From an uncultured Gemmatimonadaceae bacterium (GTDB taxonomy: Bacteria; Gemmatimonadota; Gemmatimonadetes; Gemmatimonadales; Gemmatimonadaceae), in the NCBI GenBank assembly GCA_963789315.1, contig CAWBKI010000007.1:16012-80011 (forward strand): a stretch of DNA of 64,000 bases, written 5' to 3'. This document shows, piece by piece, positions 57,970-64,000 of this stretch (its first letter is position 1; each line of letters starts with the position of its first letter). The position numbers were made by a program, and so were the translations under genes. The notes under the pieces are model-generated. The model saw only the letters and a list, made by a program, of their open reading frames with translations, was not told the origin of the DNA and did no database searches.

Positions 57970-58560
57970 TTGCAACATCTCTTCGACAACAACCGCGCCT
58001 GGTCGGCGGAAGTGACGCGCCGCGACCCGGATTTCTTTCAGCGCCTGTCGCAGCAGCAGGCGCCGGAATATCTGTGGATCGGCTGCTCCGACAGCCGCGT
58101 GCCGGCCAACGAGATCGTCGGCCTCGCTGCCGGGCGAGGTGTTCGTCCACCGCAACGTCGCCAACGTCGTCGTCGCACACCGATCTGAACTGCCTCTCGG
58201 TGATCCAGTTCGCCGTCGACGTGCTGAAGGTGAAGCACATCATCGTGTGCGGCCACTACGGCTGCGGCGGCGTCCACGCGGCGGTGCGCAACGACCGCGT
58301 CGGCCTCGCCGACAACTGGCTGCGCCACGTGCAGGACGTTCGCATGAAGCACCAGGCCGAGCTCGACGCGATCGCCGACGAGAAGGCGCGCGAGGACAGA
58401 CTGTGCGAGCTGAACGTCGATCGAGCAGGTCAACAACGTCTGCCAGACGACGGTGGTCCGCGACGCATGGGCGCGCGGTCAGTCGCTGGCCGTGCACGGA
58501 TGGGTGTACGACTTGCGCGACGGCCTGCTCCAGGATCTTGGAATCACCGTCGACAGCTGA
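57970..58560 (+). pseudogene. can: Beta-class carbonic anhydrase (Can-like), three frameshifts
   Basis: Reassembled, the protein is co-linear with E. coli Can: [46 protein letters not shown] | [16 protein letters not shown] | [48 protein letters not shown] | [41 protein letters not shown]. Each shift is +1, near 58125, 58178 and 58420. Confidence 0.9.
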
Positions 58561-58677
58561 CTTGGGCTGCGGCGTGTCAGCCGCGTCGCTTTTCTGAGCC
58601 CGGTCGTCCCACACCGCTTGCCGCCTTCTGTCCCCGAACTCATCTTCCCATTACTTGGTACGGGGAGATGAACGACC

Positions 58678-59010
58678 GTGGCAACTCGACCGCTCGACCT
58701 GCTTCAAGGCACGCTCGACGTGCTCGTCCTCCGCACGCTCACGTGGGGGTCGATGCACGGGTACGCTGTTTCGCGCTCGATTCGCCAGCGCACTGACGGC
58801 GTGATCGACATCGAGGACGCGCCGCTCTACAAGGCGCTGCACCGCCTCGAGCACGCGGGGTTCATCGCCGCCGAGTGGGGACTCTCCGAGAACAATCGCA
58901 AGGCGCGCTACTACGAGCTGACCGCGGCGGGGCGGCGGCACCTGCGCGCCGAGGAAACCGTGTGGCGCCGATACGCGGCAGCGGTGTTCAAGGTGCTGGA
59001 GCCGACGTGA
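58678..59010 (+). CDS. PadR family transcriptional regulator
   Basis: 110 aa: [28 protein letters not shown]...[33 protein letters not shown]. The stop overlaps the GTG of the downstream permease (GTGA). Confidence 0.9.
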   Translation: MATRPLDLLQGTLDVLVLRTLTWGSMHGYAVSRSIRQRTDGVIDIEDAPLYKALHRLEHAGFIAAEWGLSENNRKARYYELTAAGRRHLRAEETVWRRYAAAVFKVLEPT

Positions 59011-61668
59011 GTCCGCGCCGCCGGTTTTTCCGTCTTCCCTGGCGCACGAAGCGGCAGATTCGCGCCGACCTCGAGACGGAGCTCGCGTTTCATCTCGACA
59101 TGCGGGTCGACGCGCTCGTCGCGCTCGGCCTCTCGCCCGACGCCGCCCGCGCGCAAGCGATGCGCGAGTTCGGCGACATCGACGACGCGCGGCGCTACAT
59201 CGGCGCCGTGGACAGCGACACCGAAGCCGCCCAGCGGCGGAGTGAGTACATGCGCGATCTCTGGCAGGACATCGTCTACGCCGCGCGAAAGCTCCGCGCC
59301 GCGCCAGCCTTCACCGCCGCCGCGATCGTCACGCTGGCCCTCGGCATCGGCGCGAACACGGCGATCTTCTCCGTCGTCGACCACGTCCTGCTTCAGGCGC
59401 CGCCATTCCCGCAGGCGAACCGCCTGGTTCGCGTGCGATTCACGCAGCAGGGACACGGCGACGCGGCCACGCCGATGGACATCGTCGACTATCCGACGCA
59501 GGCCAAGGATTTCGTCGGCTTCTCGATCGTCGACAGCTGGACCGCGAACGTCGTGCTCGAGAACGGCGACGCCGAGCGTGTGCCGGGCGTGCAGGTGGGG
59601 GCGAATCTGTTCGACCTCCTGCGCATAAAGCCTCTTTACGGGCGCTTCTTCCGCGAGGGCGAGGACAAGACGGGGGCGCCGAACGTCGTCGTACTGAGCG
59701 AGCAGCTCTGGCGGCGGGACTTCGGCGGCGACGAGCGGGTGATCGGCAAGACCGTACGGATCAACGCGCGGCCTTTTACCGGTCATCGGCGTCGTTCCCG
59801 CGGAGCAGCGCTATCCGTTCACCGTCGAGATCTGGACGCCGCGCCTGTTCACGGCGCAGGAGCTGAGCGACGATTCTCGCGGCGCACGCTGGATGAGCGT
59901 CGTCGGTCGCGTGAAGGACGACGTCTCGCTCGACGCCGCGAACAGCGAGGTCCGGCTGATCTCGCAGTCCATGGAACATCGGTTTCCGGAGATGTATCGC
60001 GAGCGGCGCGCCCAGATCCTGAGCGTGCAGGAATACACCGTCGGCGATCTGAAGAAGCCGCTCTACGTCATTCTCGCCGCCGTCGTGCTCGTCCTGCTGA
60101 TCGCCTGCGCCAACGTCGCCAACCTGTTGCTCGTGCGCGCGTCGGCGCGCGAGACGGAGATGGCGATCCGCAGCGCGCTCGGCGCGGGGCGCGGCCGACT
60201 CGTCCGCCAGTTCATGACGGAGAGCGTGATGCTGTCGGTCGTCGGTGCGGCGATCGGCGTCGGGTTGGCGAAACTCGGAATGACCGTCTTGCTCGGCCAC
60301 GTGCCCCCCGGACTGCTGTTGGTGCAGAAGGCGTCGATCGACGGCCGCACGCTCGCCGCGACGACGCTCGTCGCGCTCGCCGCCGGTTTGATCTTCGGCT
60401 CGTTGCCCGCGCTGCAGGTGGCGGGACGAGGCGTCGCGGACGCGCTGCGCAGCGGCGGACGCGGTTCGCAAGGCAGGACCATCACGAGCCGCGCCAAACG
60501 CGCGATCGTCGTCGGCGAGCTGGCGCTGGCCGTGACGCTGCTCAGCGGCGCCGGACTCCTGTTACGCAGCTTCAACCGCCTGCTGTCGGTCGATCCGGGG
60601 TTCCGCACCGAGAGCGTGCTGTCGATGAAGATGGCGTTGCCGCAATCCAAGTACGACTCGACCGGCGATCGCCTGTTCGTCCGGCAGTTGCTCGGGCGGG
60701 CGGCGGCGGTGCCCGGCGCGGGCAGCGTTGCGATGACGAATTTTGTTCCGCTCGACGGCGGAGGATTCGGCTTCACCTTCAACGTACGGGGCCGCACGTA
60801 CGCGCGCCCGAGCGACGAGCCGGACGCCGAGGTCCGACAGGTGACGCCGGCGTTCTTCAACACGCTCGGCGTTCCGATCGTGCGCGGGCGCGGGATTCAG
60901 GACGGCGACGCGCCGGGCGCTCCGACCGTGTACCTGGTCAACCAGGCATTCGTCCGGCGCTTCTTCCCGAGCGAGAATCCGCTCGGCCAGTTCATCCGGC
61001 TCGGCTGGGGCCGCGGGCAGGACGAGCCGTACTGCGAGATCGTCGGTGTGGTGGGCGACGTCCACGGCGAAGGTCTCGAGGACGCGCCGCTGCCGACGGT
61101 GTACGCGTCGCTCGCCCAGCATCCGTTCTCGTCCGTCACGCTGCTCGTTCGCACGAGCGCGTCCCCGGCGTCGCTCGCCGCGCCGCTTCGATCGATCGTG
61201 CGCGATCTCGATCGCGAAGTGCCGGTGTTCTCGGTGCAGACGATGGCCGAGCGCGTCGCGTCGTCGGTCGGGCGCCAGCGCTTCTACACGACGCTCGTCG
61301 TGCTCTTCGCGGCCGTGGCGCTGGTGCTCGCCGCGGTCGGGCTCTACGGCGTGATCGCGTACGCCGTCAGCCAGCGGACGCACGAGCTGGGGATTCGCGT
61401 CGCGCTCGGGGCGACGACACAGCGCATCTCGTCGATGGTGATCCGCGAGGGACTCGCGCTCACGGCGCTCGGCGCGGGGCTCGGCATCGTCGCGGCGCTG
61501 GCGGCGGGGAGCGTCGTCGCGTCGCTCTTGTTCGGCGTGACGCCGCGTGACCCGATCACGCTCGCCGGAGTCGTAGTGGTGCTGGCGGCGGTCGCGATGC
61601 TCGCGAGTTGGCTGCCGGCTCGCCGTGCCGCGCGCGTCGACCCGTTGGTGGCGATGCGCGGAGAGTAA
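59007..61668 (+). pseudogene. ADOP family duplicated orphan permease (MacB/FtsX-like) with a second type of N-terminal prefix domain, one frameshift
   Basis: GTG start at 59007. The prefix RRFFRLPWRTKRQIRADLETELAFHLDMRVDALVALGLSPDAARAQAMREFGD is followed by the first MacB-like domain in the frame of ORF 58875..61550. From VIGVVPAEQRYPF the protein continues in ORF 59893..61668 and ends ..RVDPLVAMRGE. There is an extra base near 59781. Confidence 0.9.
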
Positions 61669-61701
61669 ACGGCGACACTTCGCTGGCATCTGGCGGAGAC
61701 A

Positions 61702-63506
61702 ATGATTACAAAAGTCTTACTGCTGTCCGTCGTGGCGGCCGCGGCCGCGATCGCCCAGGCGCCGGCGGCGATGTTCCGCCGCGACGCCGCGCATTCGGGC
61801 CGGTACGCCGGCGGCGGCGAGCGGATCGTCGGCCTGCAATGGCGGGTGCCCACCGACGGCGACGTCGTCGCCACACCCGTCGTCGCGAGCGGCGTCGTGT
61901 ACGTCGGCAGCGGCAGCGGCGTGATGTACGCGCTGGACGAACGCACCGGAGACGCGCGCTGGACCGCGAATCTCGGCAGTCCGATTTCGTCGTCGGCCGC
62001 GGTGGCCAACTCGCTGGTCTACGTCGGGACGCGCGACGGCCGACTCCACGCTCTCGACGCCGCGAGCGGCCGACAGAAGTGGTGGGTGCCGACCGGCACG
62101 ACGATTCCCTTCCCTTGGGGCCACGAGAGCGGCGACATGTGGACGTCGTCGCCGACGGTCGCCAACGGCCTCGTGCTGTTCGGCGGCGGCGACGGTCTGC
62201 TCTACGGCGTCAGCGCGCGCGCGGGATCGGTCCTGTGGCGCGCCCACACCGGCGGCCGCATTCGCACCGCCCCGGCAGTCGTCGACAAGCGCGCGTACGT
62301 CGGCTCGTTTGATGGATGTGTCTACGCGTTCGACATGACGACGGGCAAACAGATTTGGCGCTACGACACCGAGGGCGCGAAGCTGAAGTCCGGCGACTAC
62401 GGCTTCGACCGTCGCAGCATTCAGTCGTCGCCGAGTGTGAGCGGGGGCGTCGTGTACGTGGGCGCGCGTGACGGGTTCCTCTACGCGATCGACGCGGCGA
62501 GCGGCGCGCTTCGTTGGCGCGTCGACCACCACGTCTCCTGGATCAACTCGTCGCCGGCGGTGGATCAGGGCGTCGTGTTCGCCGGCAGCTCCGACGCGCA
62601 CTTCCTCCAGGCCGTCGATGCGACGAGCGGCAAGGAGCTCTGGAAGACGCCGTCGGACGGCATCGTCTGGTCGTCGCCGGCGGTCACGGGCGGATTCGTG
62701 TATTGGGGCGACGGCCCGGGTCGCGTTCACGTGACCGACCGCGCGACGGGCGCCGACGTCTCCAACTTCCGAACGGGATCGCAGATCTTCAGCTCGCCGG
62801 TGATCGACGGCGACCTCCTCTTCGTCGGCAGCGGCGACGGCGGCGTGTACGCGCTTCGACTCGGCGCCGCGTCCGAGGCGCCTAAGCGAGCGGTCTTCTT
62901 CGACAGCACGTATCTGCGCGCGTCGCAGATCGACAACTCGGCGGCCATCGCGAGGTATCTGCGCAGCGGGGGCTACGAGACGCTCGACGCGAAGTCGGTC
63001 GCGAGGTTCCTCGAAGATCGCGTCGCCGACCGCGCCCCGAGCGTCGTCGTCTTCGCGATCGACCTTCTGCCTGCGGATGTCGTAAAGGCGCCGCTCGCGA
63101 CGTCGCTGCTGCGGCGATATCTCGGCGCCGGCGGAAAGGTCGTGTGGCTCGGCCTGCCGCCGAACATCTGGCCCGTCGAGCCGCTCGAGGGCCAGCGTAA
63201 GAGTCTCAGCGAAGTGCAGTGGGCCGCGCCCGAAGAGCTGCTCGGCGTTTCGCACGGCGACGCGTTGTTCGACCAGCGCGGCGCGCGCGCGACGCCGGTC
63301 GGCCAGCACTGGGGGCTCACGTCGCGTTTTCGCGTGACCTGGTCCGTCGCGCCGGCGGGAGTGACGAACGTGCTCGCCCTCGACGACTGGGGACTCGCCG
63401 GCGCGTGGTCGAAGGAATACGGCGGCGCCGCGGCACCGGCTTTGTGCGCGTGCCGCCTGAGAATGTGCTGAGCGTGTACCTGGCGGCGGAGTATCGGCCG
63501 CGCTGA
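61702..63506 (+). pseudogene. PQQ-like (BamB-type) beta-propeller repeat protein with ~200-aa C-terminal domain, frameshift near 3' end
   Basis: Signal peptide MITKVLLLSVVAAAAAIAQA. There are eight repeats of the VYVGS.DG.LYALDA.TG..RW type. The last 24 codons (GTGFVRVPPENVLSVYLAAEYRPR*) are in the frame of ORF 63219..63506, with a missing G near 63433. Confidence 0.75.
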
Positions 63507-63561
63507 TTGCGCGGCGCGACCCGGAGACCCTAATTACAACAACGGGTCACCGGGAGGACCG

Positions 63562-63864
63562 ATGAAGATTCTTCAGGTCGTGCCGCGGGCTGACAGTGAG
63601 GAAAGTCTCAAGTCGCTCCTCAAGGCAAAGCTCCGCGCGCTGCGCGCGCGCCCGACGGCGTTCCGTCGCAAAGCCGAGGGAAAGCTCGCCCACGTGAAGT
63701 ATCCGGGCTGGATTCGCTGGGACGAGACGATGGGCGGCATTCTCGTCGCCGAGATCCACACGAAGGACGAAACGTCGGAATGGCTTCTTCTGCGCGCGTT
63801 CGTCGGCTATCTCGAGCGGCATCTGCGCGACAACATCGAGAACATCACAATCACCTACCGATGA
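63562..63864 (+). CDS. Hypothetical protein (100 aa)
   Basis: Intact ORF (MKILQVVPRADSEESLKSLLKAKL...NIENITITYR). The stop overlaps the ATG of the next ORF (ATGA). No family was recognised. Confidence 0.45.
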   Translation: MKILQVVPRADSEESLKSLLKAKLRALRARPTAFRRKAEGKLAHVKYPGWIRWDETMGGILVAEIHTKDETSEWLLLRAFVGYLERHLRDNIENITITYR

Positions 63865-64000
63865 CAAAACGGACATTCGTCTTCGCATCGATCGTCGGGG
63901 CCGCGTTCGCGGCCGGATTGACCGTCGATCATCTCGCGTTTGCGGCACAACAGCAGCCGTCGATCAAACGCACCATCCTCCAGCGACAGGACGACCCCGC
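63861..64000 (+). CDS. Secreted hypothetical protein, N-terminal fragment (3' end outside window)
   Basis: ATG 63861. The signal peptide is MTKRTFVFASIVGAAFAAGLTVDHLAFAA, and the frame stays open to the window end. Confidence 0.4.
   Translation, partial: MTKRTFVFASIVGAAFAAGLTVDHLAFAAQQQPSIKRTILQRQDDP

Noticed and set aside
1110-63506. Programmed ribosomal frameshifting or other recoding as the explanation for the split genes.
   Set aside because: The shifts occur in about 19 unrelated families, up to 9 per gene, without slippery heptamers or downstream stimulatory structures. Many sit in short homopolymers. Indel error or mutation is far more parsimonious.
1-64000. Mobile genetic island, prophage, defence system or biosynthetic gene cluster.
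   Set aside because: I recognised no integrase, transposase, phage structural, restriction-modification, Cas, toxin-antitoxin pair, NRPS/PKS or terpene gene. The only mobile-looking features are the non-autonomous palindromic repeats.

Overview
Very GC-rich chromosomal segment (G+C not computed; by eye two-thirds or more). The gene content points, by inference, to a Gemmatimonadota/Acidobacteriota-type soil bacterium: PadR-linked ADOP orphan permeases, Ser/Thr kinase-TolB fusions, carboxypeptidase-regulatory-like proteins, a sortilin/BNR protein, an LVIVD protein and an ECF sigma-kinase pair. I resolve about 58 protein-coding genes, mostly envelope, transport, hydrolase and signalling functions. 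I saw no rRNA, tRNA, CRISPR array, transposase, integrase or phage gene. Three things stand out. (1) At least 19 genes are interrupted by roughly 40 single-base indels. Many of these sit in short G/C runs, they are strongly clustered, and the block 20.6-38.1 kb has none. This looks more like consensus or assembly error than real decay, so disrupted genes are listed full-length as pseudogenes with their fragments named. (2) Three kinds of long palindromic intergenic repeats are present. One ~285-bp pair brackets an HExxH protein gene and supplies its stop codon. (3) Several translationally coupled modules have poorly understood function: an ECF sigma with a non-RD Ser/Thr kinase, two PadR-ADOP permease pairs with different N-terminal prefix domains, a DUF983-MatB-like-CocE/NonD-MFS operon, and a tightly packed seven-gene array of small membrane, DUF3465, phosphoesterase and carbonic anhydrase genes. 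I could not support a clear new multi-gene system (defence, secretion or biosynthesis) from sequence alone. The best candidates are listed as findings with tests.
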